From Candidatus Saccharimonadales bacterium (GTDB taxonomy: Bacteria > Chloroflexota > Dormibacteria > Aeolococcales > Aeolococcaceae), in the NCBI GenBank assembly GCA_035532495.1, contig DATKQX010000026.1:14160-78159 (forward strand): a stretch of DNA of 64,000 nucleotides, given 5' to 3'. How positions within the stretch are numbered: the stretch's first letter is position 1; each line of letters starts with the position of its first letter. The notes under the pieces were generated by a model that was given only the letters and a program-made list of their open reading frames with translations, was not told the origin of the DNA and ran no database searches. The position numbers were made by a program, and so were the translations under genes. Shown in pieces: positions 19,185 through 28,919 of this stretch.

Positions 19185-20489
19185 TCAGCCACCGCCGGCA
19201 GCGATGATGGCCGCGGTCTGCGCCTGGGTCAGCGTGCCAATCGTGACCTCGTTTCCGCTCGCGTCGTACTTGACGAGGATGTAGCCCTGCTGTGAGTTGT
19301 TGTACTGGTTGTAGTTGGTCGGCCCGCCGGCGCCGACCCACCGAACCTTCTGCCCGTTCTTGATCGCGGCGACGCCGGCCGCGTACGTGTTGACCGTCAC
19401 GGATCCGGTCGTGCCGTTGCCGACGTCCTTGATGACGGCGTTGTAGACGGTCGGGTCGACGCTCTTGGTCTCATCCATCGCGAGCGCGGCCTGGATGATG
19501 CCGTCGTAGAGATGCAGCGTGGCGCCGCGCTGCGCGTATTTGGGTGCTGCTGGGAACTGCGATGCCACGGCGTCGAGGTTGGTTTTGAACTCGTCGTATC
19601 CCGGTCCGCTGAACGTCACGCCGAGATCGACGGCACTGAAGTTGCTGACGAGGTCCTGAACCCCGATGGCCCCGGAGACCGCGGCGAACCAGACTGGATC
19701 GATGGTTGCGGAGGTGCCCATGAACGGGAGGCTGGAACCGTTCAACTGCTTGACCTCGGCCATGTACGTCGCGTCGGTGGGACCGAGTGCCTCGGTGAAG
19801 ATGACATCGGGGTGTGTGGCGAGCATCGCCGTCACCTCGGTCCGGTACGACGACTGGCCGAGCGCGATCGCCTGGTTGATCGTGACCGTTGCCCCGAGGT
19901 TCTTGAGCGCGGTCATCGCCGGCCCGACGAACGCCTGGGAGCCGATGTCGTTGCCGAACACCAGCGCGACCTTCTTGTAGTTGAAGTGGTCGAGCGCGCT
20001 GCCGACCATGGCGAAGGCGTCGAACTCATCGGGGGGGACCAGGCGATGGAAATATGTGAAGCTGGTCTTGTTGAACTCTGACTGCCCGGTCATGCAGAAC
20101 ATCGGGATGTGGGCCTGATTGAGGATGGGCGCGACACTCGACGCCTCGTCGGAGGTGCAACCGACCACCGCCATGAGGTTGGAGTGGCTGGCCACCATCT
20201 GCTGCGCGGCCGGAACGGCGTCGGCCGGTTCGCCCCGAGTGTCGAACTCCTGGCAGCTGACCTTGTGGCCCGAGACGCCACCGGCGTTATTGATCGCCCT
20301 CGCCGCGGGCAGGCAGGCAGCGAAGTACGCGGGACCCAGGGCTGCGTCCGGTCCGGTGAACGGGGCGATGACGCCGATCAGGAGCGGCGAGCTGCTGGTC
20401 GGTGCGGTGCTCCCGCTGCCGCAGGCGGCGAGCCCCAAGGCAATGACGGGGACGAGACCGAGACCGATCCGATGATGATTTCCAAGCAT
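19185..20489 (-). CDS. ABC transporter substrate-binding lipoprotein (type-1 periplasmic binding fold, LivJ/K-like)
   Basis: Start MLGNHHRIGLGLVPVIALGLAACGSG (lipobox) at 20489 inside the longer track ORF. Confidence 0.85.
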   Translation of the reverse strand: MLGNHHRIGLGLVPVIALGLAACGSGSTAPTSSSPLLIGVIAPFTGPDAALGPAYFAACLPAARAINNAGGVSGHKVSCQEFDTRGEPADAVPAAQQMVASHSNLMAVVGCTSDEASSVAPILNQAHIPMFCMTGQSEFNKTSFTYFHRLVPPDEFDAFAMVGSALDHFNYKKVALVFGNDIGSQAFVGPAMTALKNLGATVTINQAIALGQSSYRTEVTAMLATHPDVIFTEALGPTDATYMAEVKQLNGSSLPFMGTSATIDPVWFAAVSGAIGVQDLVSNFSAVDLGVTFSGPGYDEFKTNLDAVASQFPAAPKYAQRGATLHLYDGIIQAALAMDETKSVDPTVYNAVIKDVGNGTTGSVTVNTYAAGVAAIKNGQKVRWVGAGGPTNYNQYNNSQQGYILVKYDASGNEVTIGTLTQAQTAAIIAAGGG

Positions 20490-20529
20490 CGTGGTGCCCT
20501 CCGATTGCCCCCTACACGGTTGACCAAGA

Positions 20530-21294
20530 TTGTCGACAATAATAGCGACAGGAGTGACGAACAATCTAGCCGCCACTGACCCGGCAGTTTCTACCGGCGA
20601 TTCCACCTCGGAGGTCTGCCGCCGGCTCCGCGAGGCGATCGTGAGCGGCCGGTTTCAGCCGAACGAACGCCTTGTCGAGGCCGACCTGGCGGTTCGGTTC
20701 GGAGCCGGGCGGACCGCCATCCGGGCCGCGCTGGCGATGCTCGACCGCGAGGGCCTGATCACGCGTGAGCCGAACCGTGGCGCGCGGGTGCGGCTCATCA
20801 CCGACCGCGAAGCGCTTGAGATCGAGCAGGTCCGCAACGCGCTCGAGCGGTTGCTCGCCCGTACCGCCGGCGCCCAGGCGACCGACCAGGATGTGGCCGA
20901 TCTCCGGCAGATGGTGGCCGAGATGGCCGAACGAATTCGTGAGGACGACGCGCTCGGCTACTCCGAGCTCAATGCGAAGTTCCACCAGCGCATCTGGAGG
21001 ATCGCGGACAACCAGACCGCTGCCCGGATGCTCATCACCCTCAGATCCCAGAGCATCCGGTTTCAATATCGAACCATGCTTCGCCCCGGTCGCACCGCGC
21101 GGTCGTTCCAGGAGCACGAGGCCATCGTCGCCGCCATCGCGGCGCACGACCTGGAGGCCTGCGACGCCGCAATGGCGGAGCATCTCCGCCACGTCCTCGA
21201 GACGCTCCAGTGGGCGATCGAGTCGCAGCATCGGGAGGCTCCGTGGTCTTCCCTCGACCCGGACGGATCGAACCCGGCGCGCCAGGGGTCGTAG
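20530..21294 (+). CDS. GntR-family transcriptional regulator (FadR/FCD type)
   Basis: wHTH ...ERLVEADLAVRFGAGRTAIRAALAMLDREGLI plus all-helical C-terminal domain; only 40 bp from the divergent binding-protein gene. Confidence 0.8.
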   Translation: MSTIIATGVTNNLAATDPAVSTGDSTSEVCRRLREAIVSGRFQPNERLVEADLAVRFGAGRTAIRAALAMLDREGLITREPNRGARVRLITDREALEIEQVRNALERLLARTAGAQATDQDVADLRQMVAEMAERIREDDALGYSELNAKFHQRIWRIADNQTAARMLITLRSQSIRFQYRTMLRPGRTARSFQEHEAIVAAIAAHDLEACDAAMAEHLRHVLETLQWAIESQHREAPWSSLDPDGSNPARQGS

Positions 21295-21304
21295 CGGCCA
21301 GCGA

Positions 21305-21320
21305 CTGCATAACTATGCAG
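21305..21320. promoter_or_regulatory. ARG-box-like palindrome CTGCATAACTATGCAG with -10-like TATACT (21328..21333) upstream of argC
   Basis: Perfect 7-bp inverted repeat containing TGCATA half-sites as in actinobacterial ArgR operators, 24 bp upstream of argC ATG. Confidence 0.5.
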
Positions 21321-21343
21321 AAAGGCCGTATACTCTCTCGGCC

Positions 21344-22369
21344 ATGGTCCAGGGAACTCCACTCCGCGCCGTCGTCGTCGGTTCCACGGGCTACATCGGC
21401 ATGCAATGCACGGCGCTCCTCGCGGCGCATCCGCATGTCGAGCTGACCGGCGTCATCGCCCGGAGCAATGCGGGCAAGCGATACAGCGACGTGGTCCCCG
21501 GGAGCGCGGTCGAGCTCACCATCGGGGACAGCCTCCACCCCGGATCGGCCGACGTCATCGTCGCCGCGTTGCCGCATACGGTTGCGGCCGGTCTGGCTCC
21601 GGGATGGCTCGCGCACGGTGCGACCGTCATCGACTGCTCCGCCGATTTCCGGCTCCACGATCCTGCGGCGTACACGGCCTGGTACGGAGTCGAGCACCCC
21701 ACGCCTGAACTGCTCGATGAGGCCGTGTACGCGATGGTCGACCTCCAGCGCGAGCGGCTCACCGGCGCGAACCTCATCTCCGTGCCCGGTTGCTATCCCA
21801 CGGCGACATTGCTCGCGTGCGTGCCCGCCCTTCGCGCCGGTCTCGTGGAGCGTGACGTCGTCGTCGACGCCAAGAGCGGCGTCAGCGGTGCGGGGCGTGA
21901 GGCCAAGCTCGGCAACAGCTTCTCGGAGGTGAACGAGTCCGTGCACGCGTACGGCGTCGAGGGACACCGCCACAAGTCCGAGATGCTCGAGCAGCTGCAC
22001 GATGCCGCGGGCGCCGACGTGCGGCTCACCTTCGTTCCGCATCTGATCCCGATGACGCGTGGCATCCTCGCGACGGCGTACCTGCGACCGCTTCCCGGAG
22101 TCAGCGCCGCGGAGCTTCGAGAGATGTACGCGGCCTTCTGCGCAACCAGTCCATTTCTCGACCTCGTCTCGACCCCGCCGCCAACCAAGAGCGTCACGGG
22201 CAGCAACCGCGCGGCGATCAACGTCGGCTGGCAGGACGGGGTCGCGGTGATCACCGTCGCCATCGACAACCTCGGCAAGGGCGGCGCCGGCCAGGCTGTG
22301 CACGCGTTGAACGTTCGCTTCGGGTTCGATGAGACGGCGGGGCTGGAGACTCGCGTGCTGTGGCCGTGA
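21344..22369 (+). CDS. argC: N-acetyl-gamma-glutamyl-phosphate reductase
   Basis: GSTGYIG NAD-binding, catalytic SGAGR motif; start ATG 21344 inside ORF 20765..22369. Confidence 0.9.
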   Translation: MVQGTPLRAVVVGSTGYIGMQCTALLAAHPHVELTGVIARSNAGKRYSDVVPGSAVELTIGDSLHPGSADVIVAALPHTVAAGLAPGWLAHGATVIDCSADFRLHDPAAYTAWYGVEHPTPELLDEAVYAMVDLQRERLTGANLISVPGCYPTATLLACVPALRAGLVERDVVVDAKSGVSGAGREAKLGNSFSEVNESVHAYGVEGHRHKSEMLEQLHDAAGADVRLTFVPHLIPMTRGILATAYLRPLPGVSAAELREMYAAFCATSPFLDLVSTPPPTKSVTGSNRAAINVGWQDGVAVITVAIDNLGKGGAGQAVHALNVRFGFDETAGLETRVLWP

Positions 22370-23595
22370 GGGTCGAGGTGGAGCAGCGGACGCGTTCCGG
22401 CGTGTGCGCGCCGCTCGGGTTCCGCGCAGGCGTCGCTGCCGCCGGCATCCGTCTTGACGGCAACGAGACCCGCACCGACGTCGCCGTGATCCGGTCTGAC
22501 ACTCCGGCGGTCGCGGCCGGCGTGTTCACGCGCAACACCGTCAAGGCCGCCCCGGTGGTGATCTCGCAATTGACGCTCCGCCGCGGCGCTCCCATTTCCG
22601 CCGTCGTCGTGAACGCCGGGAATGCCAATGCCTGCACCGGCGCGCAGGGATTCCGCGACGCGCTGGTCATGTGCGCCACCACCGGCGATGCGCTCGATCT
22701 CGATCCGTCCGACGTGCTCGTGTGCAGCACCGGTGTCATCGGACGTCCGATGCCGATGGAGCGTGTGACACGCGGCATCCGGGCAGCGGGCCTCGCGATG
22801 TCGTCCGGCGCGGGCGATGACGTCGCGCGCGCGATCATGACCACCGACACGATTCCCAAGATGGCGGTGGCCATGTTCACGTCCGGCGGCGTGACGTACA
22901 CGATTGGCGGCACGGCCAAAGGTGCGGGCATGATCCACCCTGACATGGCGACGCTGCTCGCGTTCCTGACAACCGACGCTCCCGTGGATGCGACAGTCCT
23001 CCAGCCCGCCCTCTCCCGTGTCGCTGACAGCACGTTCAACTGCGTGACGGTGGACGGAGACACCTCGACGAACGACACATGCATCCTGCTTGCCAACGGC
23101 GCCGCCGGGGGATCGAGTATCACGAACGGTTCGAGCGCCGCCGCGGCGTTCGAAGTCGCCCTGATGCAGGTGTGCGATTCACTCGCCGAGCAACTCGTGG
23201 CGGATGCCGAGGGAGCGACGCGACACTTTCGCGTCGCCGTCGACGGCGCGGCCGACAGCGGCCAGGCTCGCATCGCGGCGCGTGTCGTCGCGCAGAGTCC
23301 GCTCGTGAAGACGGCCGTGCACGGCGGCGATCCCAACTGGGGCCGCGTCGTCGCGGCACTCGGCCGCAGCGGCGCCGCATTCACGCTCGACCGGTGCAGG
23401 GTGGCGATCGGTGGCGTCGTCGTGTTCGATCGCGGAGCTCCGGAGCCCGTCGACCACAACCTCGTGCGTGTCGCGCTCTCGAGTCCGCGCATCGACATCG
23501 CGATCGACCTCGGTGCCGGCGACGGATCCGGTCATGCTTGGGGATGCGACCTTTCCCCGGAATACGTTCACATCAATGCCGACTACACCACCTGA
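22360..23595 (+). CDS. argJ: bifunctional glutamate N-acetyltransferase/amino-acid acetyltransferase
   Basis: ArgJ motifs incl. autocatalytic ATLLAFLTTDA; GTG start overlapping argC stop. Confidence 0.9.
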   Translation: MAVRVEVEQRTRSGVCAPLGFRAGVAAAGIRLDGNETRTDVAVIRSDTPAVAAGVFTRNTVKAAPVVISQLTLRRGAPISAVVVNAGNANACTGAQGFRDALVMCATTGDALDLDPSDVLVCSTGVIGRPMPMERVTRGIRAAGLAMSSGAGDDVARAIMTTDTIPKMAVAMFTSGGVTYTIGGTAKGAGMIHPDMATLLAFLTTDAPVDATVLQPALSRVADSTFNCVTVDGDTSTNDTCILLANGAAGGSSITNGSSAAAAFEVALMQVCDSLAEQLVADAEGATRHFRVAVDGAADSGQARIAARVVAQSPLVKTAVHGGDPNWGRVVAALGRSGAAFTLDRCRVAIGGVVVFDRGAPEPVDHNLVRVALSSPRIDIAIDLGAGDGSGHAWGCDLSPEYVHINADYTT

Positions 23596-23614
23596 TATCG
23601 AGAAGAGCGAGCAC

Positions 23615-24490
23615 ATGCCAGAACAGACCATCGACGAACGGATCCAGCGCGCCGAGGTGCTCATCGAGGCACTCCCGTACATCAAGCGTTTCTCCGGGCA
23701 CATCCTCGTCGTCAAAGTCGGTGGCGCGGCGGGCGCTGCCGCTGACCTCGACGCCGTGCTCGAGGACATCGTGCTGTTGCGCTTCGTCGGCATGCGGCCC
23801 GTGATCGTGCACGGTGGCGGAGCGGAGATCAGCGCGTGGCAGGAGCGGATGGGGATCGAGACGAAGTTCGTCAACGGCCTTCGCGTCACCGATGCTCCGA
23901 CCATGGAGATCGCGAAGATGGTCCTCACCGGCAAGATCGGTCCAGACATCGTCGCGCGCATCCACACGCTCGGGGCCGGGGCGATCGGGCTGTCCGGAGA
24001 GGACGGTCCGACACTGCTCGTCAAGCCACGGGCAGACGCCGGCGGCGCCGATCTCGGCTTCGTCGGCGACGTTGCGCAGGTGAACGCCGAGCCGCTGCTC
24101 GCGATCCTCGACCAGGGCCGTATTCCCGTGATGGCGTCGATCGGACTCGGCTACGACGGACAGGCGTACAACGTCAATGCGGACACGGTGGCGGCGGAAC
24201 TGGCGATCGCGCTGCATGCCACCAAGCTCATTCTCATGACCGACGTCGACGGTGTTCGCGACGCAGCGGGTGACCTCATCAGTGAGCTCGACGCGACGCG
24301 AGCGCACGAGCTGCTCAGCGCCGGCGTCATCCGCGACGGCATGATCCCCAAGGTCGCGGCGGGGCTCCGTGCGACCGACGGTGGATGCGCAACGCACATC
24401 ATCGACGCGAGGGTCCCGCACGCATTGCTCCTCGAGCTGCTCACCGAGCGTGGTGTGGGAACCATGCTCACCCGGACCGCGCAGCCGTGA
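23615..24490 (+). CDS. argB: acetylglutamate kinase
   Basis: HILVVKVGG, VIVHGGG motifs; start MPEQTIDE. Confidence 0.9.
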   Translation: MPEQTIDERIQRAEVLIEALPYIKRFSGHILVVKVGGAAGAAADLDAVLEDIVLLRFVGMRPVIVHGGGAEISAWQERMGIETKFVNGLRVTDAPTMEIAKMVLTGKIGPDIVARIHTLGAGAIGLSGEDGPTLLVKPRADAGGADLGFVGDVAQVNAEPLLAILDQGRIPVMASIGLGYDGQAYNVNADTVAAELAIALHATKLILMTDVDGVRDAAGDLISELDATRAHELLSAGVIRDGMIPKVAAGLRATDGGCATHIIDARVPHALLLELLTERGVGTMLTRTAQP

Positions 24491-25713
24491 GCACGCCCGC
24501 GACGACGGCGAAGGCGACACTTGCCGAGCGCGCCAAGGCCGCGCTGATGAACACATACCAGCGTCAGCCGGTGGAGCTGCGGCACGGGAACGGCACATGG
24601 GTCACGACAACCGACGGCCGCGAGATGCTCGATCTCGTCGGCGGCATCGCCGTCAACGTCCTCGGCCACAACCATCCGGCGCTCCGGGCAGCGATCGCCG
24701 AGCAGGCAGCCACGCTGATCCATACCAGCAATCTCTATTACACGGAGCCGCAACTGGAGCTCGCCGAGCTGTTGATCGCGTCGGCGTTCCCGTCGCGCGT
24801 GTTCTTCTGCAACAGCGGCGCCGAGGCGAACGAGGGTGCCATCAAGCTGGCGCGAAAGTGGGGCAAGGTGCATCGCGAAGGTGCCGACGTCATCATCTGC
24901 GCCCAGGGCGCGTTCCATGGGCGCACGCTCGGTGCGCTTGCGGCAACAGCGAATCGCCGCTATCGCGAGCCCTTCGAGCCACTGCCACGTGGCTTCGTGC
25001 ACGTGCCGTACAACGACATGAGCGCGCTGGAAACGGCCATCGACAGCACCACATGCGCGGTGATGCTCGAGCCGATCGAGGGCGAGAGCGGCGTGCTCCC
25101 GCTCGACCCCGGCCGGCTTGCGGCCATCCGCCGTCTGTGTGACGAGCGCGATGTTCTGCTCATCCTCGACGAGGTGCAGACCGGCATGGGACGCACGGGC
25201 CGGTGGTGGGCGCACCAGCACGAGGAGGCGGCGCCCGACGTCATGACCGTTGCCAAGGGACTCGGCGGAGGGTTCCCGATCGGGGCGATTCTCGCCGCCC
25301 CGCGCGCTGACGTCTTCGAGCCGGGTGACCACGGTTCCACGTTCGGCGGCGGTCCCCTTGCGTGTGCCGCCGCCGTCGCCGTCATGCGCGCCATCGAGGA
25401 GGAGGACCTGGTCCACCATGCTGCCGAGATGGGCGACTATCTCGCGGAGTCGTTGAGCGCGCTCGGCGAGCACGGCGCGCCCATCGCTGGAGTGCGCGGT
25501 CGCGGACTCATGCTCGGCCTCGCGCTGAGCGGGGATCTGGCGCCCAGGGTCGCCGCGGCGGCGCTCGACGAGGGTTTGATCATCAATGCTGTCGGGGCGC
25601 GCACGCTGCGCATCGTCCCCCCTTTGGTGATCACCCGCGACGAGGTCGACGAAGCCGTGCTGCGGCTGGGCAGGGCGTTCGCCGCCGTCGAGCCGGCTGA
25701 GGACACCGCGTGA
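24487..25713 (+). CDS. argD: acetylornithine aminotransferase
   Basis: Class-III PLP aminotransferase motifs (LILDEVQTG); GTG start overlapping argB stop (GTGA). Confidence 0.85.
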   Translation: MSTPATTAKATLAERAKAALMNTYQRQPVELRHGNGTWVTTTDGREMLDLVGGIAVNVLGHNHPALRAAIAEQAATLIHTSNLYYTEPQLELAELLIASAFPSRVFFCNSGAEANEGAIKLARKWGKVHREGADVIICAQGAFHGRTLGALAATANRRYREPFEPLPRGFVHVPYNDMSALETAIDSTTCAVMLEPIEGESGVLPLDPGRLAAIRRLCDERDVLLILDEVQTGMGRTGRWWAHQHEEAAPDVMTVAKGLGGGFPIGAILAAPRADVFEPGDHGSTFGGGPLACAAAVAVMRAIEEEDLVHHAAEMGDYLAESLSALGEHGAPIAGVRGRGLMLGLALSGDLAPRVAAAALDEGLIINAVGARTLRIVPPLVITRDEVDEAVLRLGRAFAAVEPAEDTA

Positions 25714-26207
25714 CGGCGGCGGCGGTGCGGACGATGAGCGTTGCCGCGAAGCCCGCGCGCCACCGGGCGATCCTCACGCTTGTCCGCGGCAGCGTGATCC
25801 GCACCCAGGAAGACCTTGTCGCCGAACTGCACCGCCGCCGCTTCGCGGTGACGCAGGCAACCGTGAGCCGCGACATCCGCGAGCTCGGACTGCTCCGTGT
25901 GCATGACGATGCGGGGCCCCGGTACATGGCGCCGGTGGCCGAGGTGGACGCGGACCAGAGCATGCACCGCCTGCGCAACGCCCTGCAGGAGCACGTGCTG
26001 ACGATCGAGTTCGTCGATCTCCTCGGCGTCGTGCACACGGCCCCGGGGTGCGCGCCGCTGGTCGGCGGTGCGATCGACGGCGCGAGATTCGAGGAGCTCG
26101 CGGGTACCATCGCCGGCGATGACACCGTGCTCGTCATCGCACGATCGCGGCCTGCGGCGCAGCGCCTCCTGCGGCGGCTCACATCGATCCCGGAGGAGGG
26201 TTCGTGA
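25710..26207 (+). CDS. argR: arginine repressor
   Basis: N-terminal wHTH (TQATVSRDIRELGL) and C-terminal oligomerisation domain (GTIAGDDTV). Confidence 0.85.
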   Translation: MTAAAVRTMSVAAKPARHRAILTLVRGSVIRTQEDLVAELHRRRFAVTQATVSRDIRELGLLRVHDDAGPRYMAPVAEVDADQSMHRLRNALQEHVLTIEFVDLLGVVHTAPGCAPLVGGAIDGARFEELAGTIAGDDTVLVIARSRPAAQRLLRRLTSIPEEGS

Positions 26208-27460
26208 CCACGCGCGAGCGCTGCGTCCTTGCGTACAGCGGCGGCCTCGACACATCGGTTGCAATCCGATGGCTCCAGGAAGAGCTGGGCTACGACGTCG
26301 TGACGCTCACCGCCGACCTCGGTGAGTCCAAGGATGCCGACGCCGTCGCAGCGCGGGCGCTTCGCACCGGTGCGGTGAGCGCACACGTGGCGGACGCACG
26401 CCGGGTCTTCATCGACGCGTTCTGCTATCCGACCCTCGCCGCCGGCGCGCTGTACGAGGGCGTCTATCCGCTCGCCACCGCGCTCGCCCGTCCGCTCATC
26501 GCCAAGCTGCTCGTCGATGTGGCGCGCGAGGAGGGGGCGATCGCCGTCGCGCATGGCTGCACCGGCAAGGGCAATGACCAGGTGCGCTTCGACGTCGCGG
26601 TCGGCGCGCTTGCACCCGAGCTGCGCGTCGTTGCACCCGTCCGGGACTGGGACATGGGACGTCCCGACGAGCTCGAGTATGCGGCGCGCCACGGCATCGA
26701 GGTCGCGGCAACCAAGGAGTCCCCGTACTCGGTTGATGCCAACCTCTGGGGCCGGAGCATCGAGACCGGCATCCTCGAGGATCCCTGGACGGAGCCACCC
26801 GATGAGGTGTACGAGTGGACGGCGCATCCGCCCGCACACGCGCCCAGCATCGTCGTGGACATCGGGTTCGAGCGCGGCGTGCCGGTCTCACTCGATGGTC
26901 GCCGGCTCCACGGCGACCAGCTCGTCAGTGCATTGAACAGCACCGCGGGCGCGCGAGGCATCGGGCGGATCGACCATGTCGAGAACCGCCTCGTCGGTAT
27001 CAAGTCTCGCGAGATCTACGAGGCGCCGGCAGCGGTGACGCTCCATGCAGCGCACCACGCGCTCGAGAGTCTCACCATCACCCGCGACGTCGCGAGATTC
27101 CAGCGCATCGTCGCCGACGAGTGGGCGCGGCTCGTCTATGACGGTCTCTGGTTCTCCGCGCTGCGCACCGCGCTCGACGCCTTCGTCCAGGAGACGCAGG
27201 TGCATGTGACCGGCGCCGTGCGGATGCGTCTTGAGAGTGGCGCTGCTCGAGTCGTCGGGCGTCGCGCACAGCAGTCTCTGTATCGCAGTGACCTGGCGAC
27301 GTACGACCGGGCGACCGACAGCTTCGACCACGCGGCGGCACGCGGCTTCATCGAGCTGTTCGGCCTGCCCTTGCGCACGCAGACACGTGTGCAGGGAGCG
27401 CTCGAGGACACCGCGCCGCTGCACGTCGAGCGTCGCACGCAGCGGCGTGGCGACGCCTGA
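26204..27460 (+). CDS. argG: argininosuccinate synthase
   Basis: AYSGGLDTS PP-loop motif, full length. Confidence 0.9.
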   Translation: MTTRERCVLAYSGGLDTSVAIRWLQEELGYDVVTLTADLGESKDADAVAARALRTGAVSAHVADARRVFIDAFCYPTLAAGALYEGVYPLATALARPLIAKLLVDVAREEGAIAVAHGCTGKGNDQVRFDVAVGALAPELRVVAPVRDWDMGRPDELEYAARHGIEVAATKESPYSVDANLWGRSIETGILEDPWTEPPDEVYEWTAHPPAHAPSIVVDIGFERGVPVSLDGRRLHGDQLVSALNSTAGARGIGRIDHVENRLVGIKSREIYEAPAAVTLHAAHHALESLTITRDVARFQRIVADEWARLVYDGLWFSALRTALDAFVQETQVHVTGAVRMRLESGAARVVGRRAQQSLYRSDLATYDRATDSFDHAAARGFIELFGLPLRTQTRVQGALEDTAPLHVERRTQRRGDA

Positions 27461-28886
27461 CCGGCGCGCGCCGAGCGGGGCGCGCGCGACCAAGGTCTGG
27501 GCGGGGCGGCTGAGCGCGCCGACGTCGGCGCTCGTCGAGAGCTACACGTCGAGCCTCGCGGTGGACCGCCGCCTCGGCGCCGACGACGTCGCCGGCTCAC
27601 AAGCACACGCGCGCATGTTGCGCAGCATCGGCGTGCTCAGCAGCGCGCAGCACCGAGCGCTCGACGCCGGGTTGCGCGCGATCGCCGCGGAGCTTTCCGG
27701 CGGCGCGTTCGTGGTTGTGCCTGGTGACGAGGACATTCACACGGCTGTCGAGCGCCGGCTCTTCGAGCTCGCCGGTCCGGTCGCCGGAATGCTGCACACC
27801 GGACGCAGCCGCAACGACCAGGTCGCCACCGATCTGCGAATGTGGGCGCGTCGCGCCTGCACGGACCTGCTGCTCGCCGTGGCCGGTCTGCAGGAGGCGC
27901 TCCTCGCGCGCGCTGCCGAGCATCGTCGCGCGCCGATGCCGGGATACACGCACCTGCAGCGCGCGCAGGTCGTGTCCCTGGCGCATCATCTCCTTGCGTA
28001 CGTCGAGATGTTCGCGCGCGATGCGCTCCGTCTCGGCGCTGCGCGAGCCGGCTGCGACGAGCTCCCCCTGGGGAGCGGCGCACTCGCCGCGTCAACGCTG
28101 CCGCTCGACCGGGATCGCGTTGCGCACGAACTCGGTTTTGCGCGGGTCGCGTCGAACAGCATGGATGCAGTCTCGGACCGCGATTTCGCGGTGGAGATCA
28201 CGTCTGCGTGTGCGCTGACGATGGTGCACTGCTCGCGACTCGGTGAGGAACTCGTGCTGTGGTCGAGCGCCGAATTCGGCTTTGCGAGACTGCCCGACAG
28301 CCATGCGACCGGCTCGTCGCTGATGCCCCAGAAGAAGAACGCCGACGTCGCGGAGCTTGCACGCGCCCGCAGCGGTCGCGTCATCGGCGACCTGGTGACG
28401 CTCCTCACCGTGCTCAAGGGACTCCCGCTCACGTACAACCGCGATATGCAGGAGGACAAGGAGCCGCTCTTCGATGCGGTCGATTCGACGGCCTCGACGT
28501 TGCGCATGCTCACCGAGGTGATCGCAGTCGTGCAGTTCGACGTTGATCAGATGCGGGCGGCCGCGCTCGACCCCGCGCTCCAGGCGACGGATGTGGCCGA
28601 GCACCTGGTCGCCAACGGCGTGCCCTTCCGCGAGGCGCACACGATCGTCGGTCACCTTGTCGCGCAGACGCTCGCCGCAGGTCGCACGCTCGCCGACCTC
28701 GACACCGAGGAGTGGCAGGCGGCCTCGGATCGCTTCACCCCCAACGTGGTCAGGCTCTTCGACCCCGAGACCGCGCTGCGGCGGCGCGACGTTCCTGGCG
28801 GCCCGGGGCCGAGATCGGTCGCCCGTCAGCTCACGCGGGCTCGCACGCTCGTCGCCCGGACCCGTCGCGCTGCGGCCGGCGGCTGA
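27447..28886 (+). CDS. argH: argininosuccinate lyase
   Basis: VWAGRL... N-terminus, fumarase/lyase signature GSSLMPQKKN; GTG 27447 overlapping argG 3' end. Confidence 0.85.
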   Translation: MATPDRRAPSGARATKVWAGRLSAPTSALVESYTSSLAVDRRLGADDVAGSQAHARMLRSIGVLSSAQHRALDAGLRAIAAELSGGAFVVVPGDEDIHTAVERRLFELAGPVAGMLHTGRSRNDQVATDLRMWARRACTDLLLAVAGLQEALLARAAEHRRAPMPGYTHLQRAQVVSLAHHLLAYVEMFARDALRLGAARAGCDELPLGSGALAASTLPLDRDRVAHELGFARVASNSMDAVSDRDFAVEITSACALTMVHCSRLGEELVLWSSAEFGFARLPDSHATGSSLMPQKKNADVAELARARSGRVIGDLVTLLTVLKGLPLTYNRDMQEDKEPLFDAVDSTASTLRMLTEVIAVVQFDVDQMRAAALDPALQATDVAEHLVANGVPFREAHTIVGHLVAQTLAAGRTLADLDTEEWQAASDRFTPNVVRLFDPETALRRRDVPGGPGPRSVARQLTRARTLVARTRRAAAGG

Positions 28887-28919
28887 TCGGCCCAGGTCCT
28901 CGATTCGTATCCTGAGGTC

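Noticed and set aside
17293-19341. 682-aa minus-strand ORF
   Set aside because: The N-terminal ~355 aa are Arg/His/Asp-rich nonsense overlapping livH in another frame. The real gene is livM, starting at MTYYL (18276).
20490-20529. GntR start at 20530 being wrong and the divergent region being larger
   Set aside because: Later in-frame starts would truncate into the wHTH N-terminal helix region. This is kept as annotated but flagged as a tight 40-bp divergent promoter region.
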